Origin: Leucoraja erinacea
Taxonomy: Eukaryota
Assembly (NCBI RefSeq): GCF_028641065.1
Contig: NC_073405.1
Coordinates: 3,782,001 to 3,846,000 of the forward strand
Direction of reading: 5' to 3'
DNA length: 64,000 nucleotides
Part shown: positions 24,701 to 34,285 of the stretch, piece by piece
How the letters are laid out: the number at the start of each line of letters is the position of its first letter
How positions within the stretch are numbered: the first letter of the stretch is position 1
Notes under the pieces: generated by a model
What the model saw: only the letters and a program-made list of their open reading frames with translations
What the model was told of the DNA's origin: nothing
Databases searched by the model: none
Translations under genes and position numbers: made by a program

Positions 24701-27700
24701 AAGCAATTCAAGCCTGGCAGAGCATCACCAGAAAAGACACCCAGCAACTGGTGATGTCCATGAATCGCAGACTTCAAGCAATCATTGCATGCAAAGGATA
24801 TGCAACAAAATACAAAACATGACTACTTTCATTTACATGACATTGCTGTGACCCAAACATTATGATGCCCTGAAATGGGGGTGGGGGACTATGTATAAAC
24901 ACTGCTGTAATTTCTACATGGTGAAACCAAAATGTATAATAATAGCCTTTATTAAAATCCGACAATGTGCACTTTTAGCCACATGTGATTATTTTCTATT
25001 ATAAATCTCAAATTGTGGAGTACAGAGGCAAATAAATAAATGATGAGTCTTTGTCCCAAACATTATGGAGGGCACTGTAGAACTGGTGTGAACTGGGTGG
25101 ATCAAAGGGCCTGTTTCCAGGGTGTATCTTAAAAAAAACCCCTCTTAACACATTTGTCAATCATAGAAATTTCTCCAGCAATACCTGGATTCCAAAGCCT
25201 AAAAGTGTAAAGAAAGTTTAACATCCTGTGTACTTTAGAAATAAGTTACACATCCGTGGGTAGCAGCTGGGGTGTACATTGGCACAAAATGTCTGCAAGA
25301 AATACAGGGCACTTGCATTCAAATGAAATTAGCATGCATGTTAGTGCATGAATAACTGGTATTCAAAGCGGAATATAACTTCTTGCCCCACAATCATGAT
25401 TCATTCACCCACGGTTTAAAATTATACAGTTTTTATTTTTAAATATTCACAGTGGCAATTTTGTTTTGGTCTAAATTATATCAAATATTGGGTAAACTCT
25501 AAATATCAATGTTATAATGGACCAGAGCTCATCCTCCCAATGGCACCTTGAGACAGGCGTAGTAAGCGCAGGTCATGCATGTTAGGAAGCACACCTCATA
25601 GACCCACTGAACCACAATAATATCCTCGATACATTCCACAGCTGAGTACTGTGCACTAGTGTAGTTTAAAACCAGTCACACTGAATTGCTCAACTCACAA
25701 CTTAATGACACGACAGTGTCGAGGATACTCAAACCTAAAGCCTCTCTACCCTATCATACATAGGATAGGATACATATCATATGAGCGGCACGATGGCGCA
25801 GTGGTAGAGTTGCTGCCTTACTGCGCTGGAGGCAGGGGTTTTATCCTGACTATGGGTGCTGTCTATACGAAGTTTATACATTCTCTCCATGACCGTGTGG
25901 TCTCTCCATGACCGTGTGGGTTTTCTCCGAGATCTCCGGTTTCCTCCCACACTCCTAATGCCCCTGTCCCACTTAGGAAACCTGAACGGAAACCTCTGGC
26001 GACATTGCGCCCCACCCAAGGTTTCCGTGCGGTTCCCGGAGGTTTTTGTCAGTCTCCACTACTACCTGCAACCTCCAGCAACCACCTGCAACCTCCAGGA
26101 ACTGCACGGAAATCTTGGGTGGGGCGCAAAGTCTCCAGAGGTTTCCGTTCAGGTTTCCTAAGTGGGACAGGGGCTTACGGCATACAAGTTGTAGGCTAAT
26201 TGGCTTGGTACAAGTGTAAAATGTGCGGGGATCGCTGGTTGGCGCGGGATCAATGCCACAATGGTTGGGAATTATGCTGTGAAGAGGACACAATGAGGCT
26301 ACAAAGGAACGTAGAGTGGTTAAATGAATAGGCAAAGATCTGCAAATCGTGTATAATGTGAGAAATCCGCAAATTGTCCATTTCGGCAGGAAAATTTAAA
26401 AAAGAAACAAAATATAACCTAAATGCAAGAGATTGCAGAGTTCAGGGATTGCAGGGAATTAAAATGACATAGTGCATGATTTTTAGAGACATTGCAAGCA
26501 ACATAAAGCTACAGGGTAAACAAAAGTGCTGGAGAAACTCAGCAGGTGCAGCAGCATCCATGGAGTGAAGGAAATAGGCAACGTTTCAGCCCGAAACGTT
26601 GCCTATTTCCTTCGCTCCAAAGATGCTGCTGCACCCACTGAATTTCTCCAACACTTTTGTCTACCTTCGATTTTCCAGCATCTGCAGTTCCTTCTTAAAC
26701 ATAAAGCTTCAGGGTATTGAGTTTAACACCAGGACGATGTTGTTATTGGTGCACAAAACATGATTCCCTTCTCATATATCTGTACTGTAAATGGCTCGAT
26801 TGTAATCATATATTGTCTTTCCGCTGAGTGGTTAGCACGCAGCAAACATTTTTCACTGTACCTCAGTACACGTGGCAATAAACTAAACTGAACTGAACTC
26901 TTTGCTAGTAGGGGCATTAAGAACAAGAGTAGGGAGGTTATGACTCAGATATTGGAGGAACAGCACCTCATATTTCGCTTGGATAGCTTACAATTCAGCA
27001 GTGTGAACATTGATTTCCTTTACGACCACGAGGTTATGAATCGGTTGTGTGAGAGGAAACGACATGTCCATAAAAAGTGGCATGGTCTAACGTTAGACCA
27101 GAGGACTGGAAATTCCACAAGAACCCGAAGTAAGAAATGAAAAAGTTAATGAGGAAGAATAGTTGAGGGAAAACTGGCAGATAATATCAAAACAAATAGC
27201 AAGTCTTCTGTAGAAAGGAAGAGGATAGCTTGGGTAAGTTTGGGACATTTGGAGAGTGAGGCTGGGGAATTAATAACAGGAAACAATGAAATGGCAGATC
27301 AGTTAAATTAACATTGCATTAGTCTTCATGACCCGAAACATCGCCCATTCCTTCTCTCAGTTGCATGTCCCGCTGAGTTGGTTTAGGTTAGAGATAGTGT
27401 GGAAACAGGCCCTTTGGCCCACCGAGTCCGCGCCGACTGCAATCCCCGCACACTAACACTATCCTACGCACACTAGGGACAATTTACAATTATTCCAAGC
27501 CAATTAACCTGCAAACCTGTATGTCTTTGGAGTGTGGGAGAAAACCAGAGATCCCTAAGAAAACTCACGCAGGTCACAGGGAGAACGTACAAACTCCGTA
27601 CAGACAGCGCCCGTAGTCAGGATCGAATCCGGGTCTCTGGCGCTGTGAGGCAGTAACTCTACCACTGCGCCACAGTGCCGCCCCACTCCAGCATTTTGTG

Positions 27701-30700
27701 TCCCGCACCAGTCTTCGTGGTGGAGGGAACTCCTAATATCCCCAAACAATTCTGATCGGCTGGTTTTCAACAGTGTGGAAGAAGCAATACGGATCACTAA
27801 CACGAGGACCAAGGTATTGAGAAAGACCAATCGGACTAATGGCAGACATGTTGCCTGGTCCTGATGGCCTGCAACAAAGAGTTTCAAGGAAGTGGCTGCT
27901 GAGATAATGGAGCCATTGATTAAGATTTTTTCAAAACTCATCACGTCCTGGGAAGGTAATAGCAGATTGAAAAACTGATTCCATTATTCAAGAAGGGAGA
28001 AAGATTTAAAAAACTTACAACAGATTTTGGTCTGTTAGCTTAATAGCTGTTGTTGGCAAAATACCAGAATCAATAAATCACTGGAGAAATAGTTATTTAG
28101 AAAAGCTTAATGTAATCAAACCAAATCAACATGATTTTGTGAAAGGTAAATCATGTTTAAGAAATCTGTGTACTCCCTTCACATTCCCACATTGACCTTT
28201 CTCTCCTGGGCCTCCTCCATCTCACTCCAGAGTGAGGCCAAATGCAAATTGGTGGAACAGCACCTCATATTTCGCTTGGGCAGCTTACAGTCCCGCAGTA
28301 TGAATATTGTAGACACAAAATGTTGGAGCAACTCAGCGGGACAGGCAGCATCTCTGGAGAGAAGATATGGGTGACGTTTCAGGTCGAGACCCTTCTTCAG
28401 TCTGAAGAAGGGTCTCGACCCGAAACGTCACCCATTCCTTCTCTCCAGTGATGCTGCCTGTCCCGCTGAGTTACTCCAGCATTTTGTGTCTATGTTTGGT
28501 TTAAACCAGCATCCGTAGTTCCTAGTATGAACATTGATTTCTCTAATTTAAATTAACACTCGCATCCCCTGTCTCTCGCTCCGTCCCTCCCCCGTCCTAG
28601 TTGTTGTACTCGTTTGAATATCGTCCTAGTGAGTCTCATTGTCTGTAACTCGTTTTCACCTCACCCATGGCTAACAGTGGCCTGTTCCTTTATCATCGTT
28701 ACTTTTTTGTATATATTTAATTCATTTGTTCTATATCTTTCTATATCACCATCGATATCTCTCATTTCCCTTTCCCCTGACTCTCAGTCTCAAGAAGAGT
28801 TTCGACCCGATACATCATCTATCTATTCCTTTTCTCCAGAGATGCTGTCTGACCCGCTGAGTTACTCCAGCTTTTTGTGTCTATCTTCGGTTTAAGAAAT
28901 CTGTTACTGACTCTAGGATGTAACAAGCAGAGTTGAAAGAGAGGACCCTGCAGATATAGTGTTTTTTTCTCTTGTTTTCAGAAAATATTTGACAAGATGC
29001 TTCAAGTAAGGCACAGGATAGAGTTCAAGATATTAGGGAAAGTACTTTAACGTGAATTTATGGCTCATTAAGACAGAGAACATAAGAGTCAGCATAAATT
29101 AGTCTTTTCAGGCTGAAAGGATATCACTATTGGGAGCCAAGAATTAGTTCTTGACTAAATCATTTACAATTTATGTTACTGACCAAGAGGTTGGGACGAT
29201 GTGCAAGGTATCCAGGCTTGCCAACTTCACGGAAAGAGGTAAAACGTTGTGATGAGTATATTAGGAGTCTGCAGCTGGATGCAGATAGGCTGGGTGAGTG
29301 GATCGGTGAGGGAAAGCATGAGGTAATGCACTTTGGCAAGAGGAATCGAAAGGGAGATCATTATCTAAATGGAGAAAGGCAGCAGAACGGGTGGAGTACA
29401 CTTGGTGCTCACAGTCTGAAGAAGGGTCTCGACCCGAAACATCACCTATTCCTTCGCTCCATAGATGCCACTTCACCCGCTGAGTTTCTCCAGCATTTTT
29501 GTCTACCTTCGATATTTCCAGCATCTGCAGTTCTTTAATGATTAAATCCTTTGTACTTTTCTGTAACTTTCAGACATCATATTTCTTTAACTAGATCAAC
29601 TGAATAAAATTATTCTAATTGGCAAGGAATTGAACACTGCCAATCATCTCATCCAATATATATATTTTTAAATCACATTTCTCAAACATAACAAACGCAA
29701 GATAGACATAAAGTGCTGGAGTAACTCAGCAGGTCAAGCAGCATCTCTGGAGACTGTCACACTCAACTTTGATGCTGAGACTCAATGTTGATTCTTTCAG
29801 GGGACCCACTGGGTTTAAACCCACATCAAAATGACTGTGCTGCATCATATATGAATGGTGCGGCCAAATCTTCTTCAATCAATGAATGAGGACAATGTGC
29901 AACTATAAACACAAGGCATAAACTGCGAAGCACACCAGCTCCGAATGTCCTGAGCAGTAAACAAACTACTGGGGGAACTCAGCAGGTCAGGCAGCATTGG
30001 TGGAAATGGACAGGTGACGTTGCAGGTTTGGACCCTTGTTGCTCCAAGTTCCATCAGAAATCTGAAGGACACCCACAGATGATGATTAAGCTTGGACCAA
30101 CTAAATGTCATTAATTTGCAAAAGCTTTGGCAAGCTACATGAAAATGGCCACCTTGAAACCTGTTATATAGGAGACTCTCGAGGTAGCTAAAACTCTAAT
30201 TCAATCCGAGTACATAACATAGGCCCTTCATCAGCCTTAGCACTCCATGCGAAATGAAACAGCACCAGACATATCCTTGCTAAAACAAAGGAAGAGTGAG
30301 GTGGAGGCAGACTGGGGGACAAGTGGACAGGGTTTCCGTTCATTATTGTTGAGAAACCTTTGCCGTTGACTTCTTACGCACTCAAGATTAACAGGTATCA
30401 AGGGTAACATGAAATTCATGACAGCCACTTTCAGCCAAACCAGAACAATTTTACTCTCTGGAGAAACTCAGCGGGTGTGGCAGCATCTATGGAGCTTGTG
30501 TTAGTGCAGATGTTGCTCCACAGATGCTACCGCACCCGCTGAGTTTCTCCAGCACTTTTGTCTACCTTTGATTTTCCAGCATCTGCAGTTCCTTCTTGAT
30601 CAATTTTACTCTCTCACTTGTCTTACCAGGCTCTCTCTGCTGACGATGATCAGACCCTTGGCTCCGTTGATTTGTGCAAGTCGCACTTTATCATAGAATG

Positions 30701-33700
30701 TACAGTTCCCACGCATCACCATCGCAATTCTGTAGTTAAACCCTTGCAGCGGCACATCTGATGGTGTGCACAGCATGGAAGATGTCAAATCTTGGACCTG
30801 CAAGAGAGACTGAAGAAGAACTCCATTTTAGATGCAGGTTAAACAAATTGCAAGATGCTTTCAAGCAACACCTTTTGTCAACGTAAAATGCTCCCTACTT
30901 TGTCCATATAATACAATGTCCTTGCGCTGGTGTGAGTGCAGATGTTGCTCAGATTGGATGGCTTAACTTGTGGGGAGAGATTAGATAACTGGACTTATTT
31001 TACCTGGAGCGAAACGACTTGTTAGAGGTATATAAAATTGTAGGAGGCATTGATCGGGTACACAGTCAGAATCTTTTCTCTATAATACAGATATCAAGTG
31101 GGCATGGGTTTAAGATGAGATGAAGCAGATTTAAAAGGAATTTAAGGAGATTTTTTTTAATTACACTGTTTTTAACTACACTGTTGCTTGTTGCCAGAAG
31201 AGGTGGTGCAAGCGGATACAATCGTTACATTTAAGGAACAGTTAGACAGGAACTTGAATAGGCCAGCTAGATATAGACCAAAAGCGTTTAGATTAGATTA
31301 GAGTAGATAGGAACAAAGGTTGTCATGAACATGATAGGCTGAATAGCTCTGTGATGAGGGTTGTCCTGATGCAGGGTCTTGACCCAACTCATTGACATTT
31401 AGGGAGATATGGGCCAAAGCCGGGGCTAGCTTAGATGGTTGGGCTGAACGGCCTGTTTCCATGCTATATGATTAAGTAATTGGCGTACTTATCATAGTCA
31501 TACAGCGTAGAAGCAGGCCCTTCAGCCCAACTTGCCCAGCTGACCAAAGTGCCCCATCTATTCTAGTCCCACCTGCCTGCATTTGGCCCATATCCCTCCA
31601 AACCTATCTTATCCATGTACTTGTCCAAATGTTTTTTTTTACTAAATGTCGTGATAGTACCTGCCTCAACTACCACCTCTGGCAGCTCGTTCCATACACC
31701 CACCACCCTGTGTGTGAAAAGGTTTTTTGAACTCGGGTGAAATTGACATAAAACTAACTGATCATTAAATGATTCAAATCTATTCATTCTTAAAAGTGAA
31801 AGATACCGAGAAGAAAGCTAGGCAGGAGCAGCATTCACCTCTTGATTCTTATTCCACCAACATTTTTTAAGCTTCTCGATCCAGACTGAGCATCTGTTAA
31901 ACTGCCATGTTGAAACCATTCAGAGACATGCAGCGCAGAGAAAATGGTGGCTTATGACTGAAATTCTTTCAGTGAAAAATGTAACAAGAAACCAAAAAGA
32001 ACTGGTGGCATTATGACAGGCATGTCTAGAACATTACACTTAGATGTGAGAGATTGCCAGCTAAAGCCGCACATTAAAACAAAATCTCCCTCTCTTTGAA
32101 CATTACTGGATAATACACTTTGCAGCAGCCTTGGGTTTTTGTTTTAAGATCCAAGGTCATTTCTGAAATGTCATGCATTTACATAAACTAGAAGCCTGGA
32201 AATGTTATTAACTTATAGCCTTTTAAAGTATCTAACTTTTAACTCTGTCCACATTCAATCTCAGAGGTAAAATCTCTGACTGCACCACTTTTGTGAGCAA
32301 TACAACAATGTAACGAGGAAGACTAGGGCTGCACGAACAGTGTAGGGAGGAACTACAGATGCTGGTTTACACCGAAGATGGACACAAAATGCTGGAGTAA
32401 CTCAGCGGGGCAGGCAGCATCTCTGGAGAGAAGGAATGGGTGATGTTTCGGGTCAAGGCCCTTCTTCAGAATCAATGGGTGTCACTTTGAGTCGAGAAGA
32501 GGGATATGGAATTAATGCAGGCAAGTGGGATTAAGTTAGATGGGTAAAATGATTGTCATAAGACAGTGGGCCAAAGGGCCTGTATCAGTACTGTAGAACT
32601 ATGTGACTGTGACCCTTTGTTTTGTTGCTCCAGTGGTATGACTTTATTTCCATAGCTTCCATATCCATGACAAATAGAACTGTCAGGACTCCCGTGTCAG
32701 GAGTACAAGATCCATTCATGGAACAAGCAGGCAGGGAAAGTTGTAGATGCACATGATGATCATCTTATCCAGAGTTCTATCGAATCCATCCATACTTCTA
32801 TACTTACTGCTTTACTGAGATCATGAGGTAAATATGCCCAGGAGGGGTTGAACTGGATACAGTAATCTTTTGCACTTCCATGCTCTTTATCCGACAGCAC
32901 GTTGACCATCCCATACTCAGCCAGGACCTGCGCATTGCAAAGCAAAATGCATCATATTGTCAGCTCCAAATGTAAAAAGTATAAATGACATCTGCTATGT
33001 TTAATTTAAATGCACAGCTGGAACACCAGCTGACAGACACAAGATAACTGTGCACCCTCTTCATTTTTCTCTGTATCATTTGAATATATTGACGGTTTAT
33101 CTGAAAGGCCCAAAATAAATAGTAATCAGGGAATAAATAGCTGCATCACAGGCTGTGGCAATCAATAGCATTTGGTCAGAGAGAATATAACTACACATAG
33201 ACACATCACTTGACTGCCATGAAAATTGCCTGGCAAGAAATAGTTAATGTAATGAGAGTTTAGGAGTAAACTCCATCTTGTAGGGCAAGAATTCCCAACC
33301 TGAGGTAAATTTACCCCCGGGGGTATGTTTCGCCTACCCAAGGGGGCAAATTTGTTGATTCTGGATTTGTACATATTATTTCCTCATTGACCGACTGTGT
33401 TCTGGTACACCAGTATCTGTTCATCATTAGTTGTTCATAAATAAGTGAAATAACATTGTGATGTGCTATTAAAGTTGCCAGGGGGTAAACGGGACGAAAA
33501 AGGTTGGGAACCCCTGCTGTAGGGGATGAGGGAGAGTAAGGTGGGGGGCGGGGGGTGAAGACATGGCCCTGGGAGTGGGAGACACACAACACGAGGGTGG
33601 GTCACAAGCCCCGGGGGGAAGACATGTGCCCTTCTTCTTCTTGCGTATGGCGTGCACACCCTAAAGTTGTACGGATATGGATGAGGGGGGCTACGGATGA

Positions 33701-34076
33701 GGGGAGGGGAGATACGGATGGGGGGGGGGGGGGGGGGTACGGATGAGGGGAGATACGGATGAGGGGTGGATACACAGATGAGGGGTGGATACACAGATGA
33801 GGGGAGGGGAGATACAGATGAGGGGGGATATGGATGAGAGGGAGATATACAGATGAGGAGGCAGATATAGATGAGGGGGGGAGGGGAGATACAGATGAGG
33901 TGGGATATGGATGAGAGGGGGATACAGATGAGGAGGGCGGATACAGATGAGGGGATGGGGATACGGACGAGGGGATGGGGATACGGATGAGGGGGGGGGA
34001 GGATACGGATGAGGGGAGTACTCAGGGGTCGTCCATGTCCCTTGTCCCCCGTGTCCGTGTCCGTGTCCGTGTCCCG

Positions 34077-34108
<32 letters not shown>

Positions 34109-34230
34109 GCCCGTGTCCCGTGCCCGTGTCCGTGTCCCGTGTCCGTGTCCCGTGTCCGTGTCCGTGCCCGTGTCCCGCCGCTGACCTGGGGAAGCTGCAG
34201 CGCGATCATCAGCAGCAGCGCCAGCGCCAT
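3628..34230 (-). CDS. SPPL2B: Signal peptide peptidase-like 2B (GxGD intramembrane aspartyl protease), coding exons 1-13; the remaining 3' exons appear to lie left of the window
   Basis: 13 GT-AG exons splice in phase. They encode a signal peptide, a PA domain (RGNCTFYDKVRLAQ), a TM region, the catalytic YD (LFVYDIFFVF) and GFGD motifs. The translation closely matches recalled human SPPL2B, and the head-to-head arrangement with LSM7 matches human 19p13.3. Confidence 0.96.
3978..4285 (+). mobile_element. HE1/V-SINE-type tRNA-derived SINE. Further copies: ~6957-7250+, 9405-9592-, 14202-14500+, 20488-20997+, 21735-25130+ (split by Tc1), 25784-26250+, 27380-27683-, 41280-41530-, 48438-48855+
   Basis: Pol III A box (GCGCAGCGG) and B box (GGTTCGATCC), central conserved domain, CR1-like 3' end and (CTAAA)n tail. 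Confidence 0.85.
4542..4641 (-). CDS. SPPL2B: SPPL2B exon 12 LPMVLKVPRLNSSPLALCDRPFSLLGFGDVLIP (catalytic GxGD)
   Basis: 100 nt, tag/ ... /gtaaat; LGFGD motif. Confidence 0.96.
4845..5475 (+). mobile_element. CR1 LINE ORF2 fragment
   Basis: KWQMEY...KCG.MHF, PHLEYCEQFWAP. Confidence 0.85.
5752..5814 (-). CDS. SPPL2B: SPPL2B exon 11 SGESIMVEVAAGPSDFSTHEK
   Basis: 63 nt, cag/ ... /gtacag; SIMVEVA motif. Confidence 0.94.
6632..6706 (-). CDS. SPPL2B: SPPL2B exon 10 ACTLLLVVLFVYDIFFVFITPFLTR (catalytic YD)
   Basis: 75 nt, cag/ ... /gtaagt; YD motif. Confidence 0.96.
11065..11146 (-). CDS. SPPL2B: SPPL2B exon 9 WAWILQDTLGIAFCLYMLKTIRLPTFK
   Basis: 82 nt, cag/ ... /gtactg. Confidence 0.95.
11207..11401. 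mobile_element. PIF/Harbinger-like MITE
   Basis: AGGGCCTGTACCACTTA ... TAAGTGGGACAGGCCCT termini. Confidence 0.65.
11780..12295 (-). mobile_element. CR1 LINE 3' end
   Basis: MFPMMGESRTKGHSLRIRG and characteristic 3' tail. Confidence 0.8.
12879..12989 (-). CDS. SPPL2B: SPPL2B exon 8 IPELPCTHKRPQVRMLLLGMFCACVSCVWAVFRNEDK
   Basis: 111 nt, cag/ ... /gtacgt; short 132-nt preceding intron. Confidence 0.94.
13122..13218 (-). CDS. SPPL2B: SPPL2B exon 7 VYAIIGIFCLASSIGLYSCLAPFVQKIPFCECR
   Basis: 97 nt, cag/ ... /gtataa. Confidence 0.94.
14905..15044 (-). CDS. SPPL2B: SPPL2B exon 6 RYMKHKHDGVDKQDDETIDVTPIMICIFVVMCCSMLVLLYYFYNQL
   Basis: 140 nt, aag/ ... /gtatgt; phases 2 and 1 fit the neighbouring exons. 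Confidence 0.94.
16127..16556 (+). mobile_element. CR1 LINE 3' end nested in a Penelope fold-back
   Basis: MERLGLYTLEFRRMR...YGENAGTDY plus (TCTATTG)n-like tail. Confidence 0.82.
16879..17018 (-). CDS. SPPL2B: SPPL2B exon 5 TFGKAIKVAMYAPNEPFLDYNMVVIFVMAVGTVAIGGYWAGSKDVK
   Basis: 140 nt, cag/ ... /gtaagt; first TM helix. Confidence 0.95.
17398..17561. mobile_element. 164-bp MITE of the same Tc1 family
   Basis: TA|CAATGCCCTCCATAATGTTTGGGAC ... GTCCCAAACATTATGGAGGGCAATG|TA; about 60-bp inverted arms matching the Tc1 TIR. Confidence 0.88.
18993..19082 (-). CDS. SPPL2B: SPPL2B exon 4 VPPGGNGSQYEEIDIPVALLSYDDMLDISK
   Basis: 90 nt, cag/ ... /gtaaag. Confidence 0.94.
21977..23500 (-). mobile_element. 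5'-truncated CR1-clade LINE (RT domain to 3' end) nested in the Tc1 left TIR
   Basis: NYRPVSLTS, DFSKAFDKVPH, GVPQGSVLGP and YADD motifs; tandem-repeat tail near 21977. Confidence 0.92.
23827..24822 (+). pseudogene. Tc1-family transposase, frameshifted
   Basis: HTH, GRPRKT linker, WTDETK and WPSQSPDLNPIEH motifs; frameshift near 24030-24095; QQDNDPKH motif degraded to QPNIDPKH. Confidence 0.9.
25960..26174. mobile_element. PIF/Harbinger-like fold-back MITE inserted in a SINE
   Basis: GCCCCTGTCCCACTTAGG termini with about 85-bp inverted arms. Confidence 0.75.
28309..28492. repeat. Penelope pLTR-derived fold-back with back-to-back hammerhead-like cores
   Basis: About 90-bp inverted arms centred on CAGTCTG at ~28401. 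Confidence 0.85.
28402..28429 (+). ncRNA. Putative minimal type I hammerhead ribozyme core (mirror copy on - strand 28373-28400)
   Basis: CUGAAGA-a-GGGU cucg ACCC-GAAA-CG-UC: conserved core, 4-bp stem II, loopless palindromic ACGU stem III as described for PLE hammerheads; stem I is very short. Confidence 0.55.
30627..30809 (-). CDS. SPPL2B: SPPL2B exon 3 (PA domain) SLLQVQDLTSSMLC...RGNCTFYDKVRLAQINGAKGLIIVSRESL
   Basis: 183 nt, cag/ ... /gtaaga; PA-domain RGNCTF motif. Confidence 0.95.
32808..32927 (-). CDS. SPPL2B: SPPL2B exon 2 VLAEYGMVNVLSDKEHGSAKDYCIQFNPSWAYLPHDLSKA
   Basis: 120 nt, cag/ ... /gtaagt; EYGMV and KDYCI..P.WA.LPHDLSKA motifs. Confidence 0.95.
33286..33516 (+). mobile_element. 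hAT (Charlie-like) MITE, about 231 bp; related partial inverted copy at ~15575-15835
   Basis: Ends CAAGAATTCCCAACC / GGTTGGGAACCCCTG; 8-bp TSD TTGTAGGG/CTGTAGGG. Confidence 0.75.
33670..34015 (+). repeat. G-rich minisatellite, about 20-bp unit GGATACRGATGAGGGG
   Basis: Tandem imperfect copies in SPPL2B intron 1. Confidence 0.9.
34040..34176 (+). repeat. (CCGTGT)n microsatellite immediately inside SPPL2B intron 1
   Basis: Direct reading. Confidence 0.92.
34186..34230 (-). CDS. SPPL2B: SPPL2B coding exon 1, signal peptide MALALLLMIALQLPQ
   Basis: AAGATGG Kozak context, hydrophobic leader, CAG/gtcag donor, phase 0 into exon 2. Confidence 0.85.
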
Positions 34231-34276
34231 CTTATTCCCGCTCGGCCCCGGCCTCGGCCGCCGCTCGTCCGCTCCC

Positions 34277-34285
34277 ATGGACGCG
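34277..34285 (+). CDS. LSM7: LSM7 putative coding exon 1 (ATG GAC GCG /gtgagg)
   Basis: Only + strand ATG I could find in the CpG island that is followed by a phase-0 donor; mammalian LSM7 exon 1 also encodes only the first residues. Confidence 0.6.

Larger units (their letters stand above)
21952..25077 (+). mobile_element. Tc1/mariner (IR/DR-type) DNA transposon, degenerate; left TIR interrupted by a CR1 LINE
   Basis: TA|CAGTGCCCTCCATAATGTTTGGGAC ... GTCCCAAACATTATGGAGGGCACTG|TA; right TIR about 230 bp with inner direct repeats at ~23678-23700 and ~24848-24872; transposase in between. Confidence 0.93.

Noticed and set aside
33670-34176. Regularly spaced short repeats (CRISPR-like at a glance)
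   Set aside because: Eukaryotic mini/microsatellite with no unique spacers and no cas genes.
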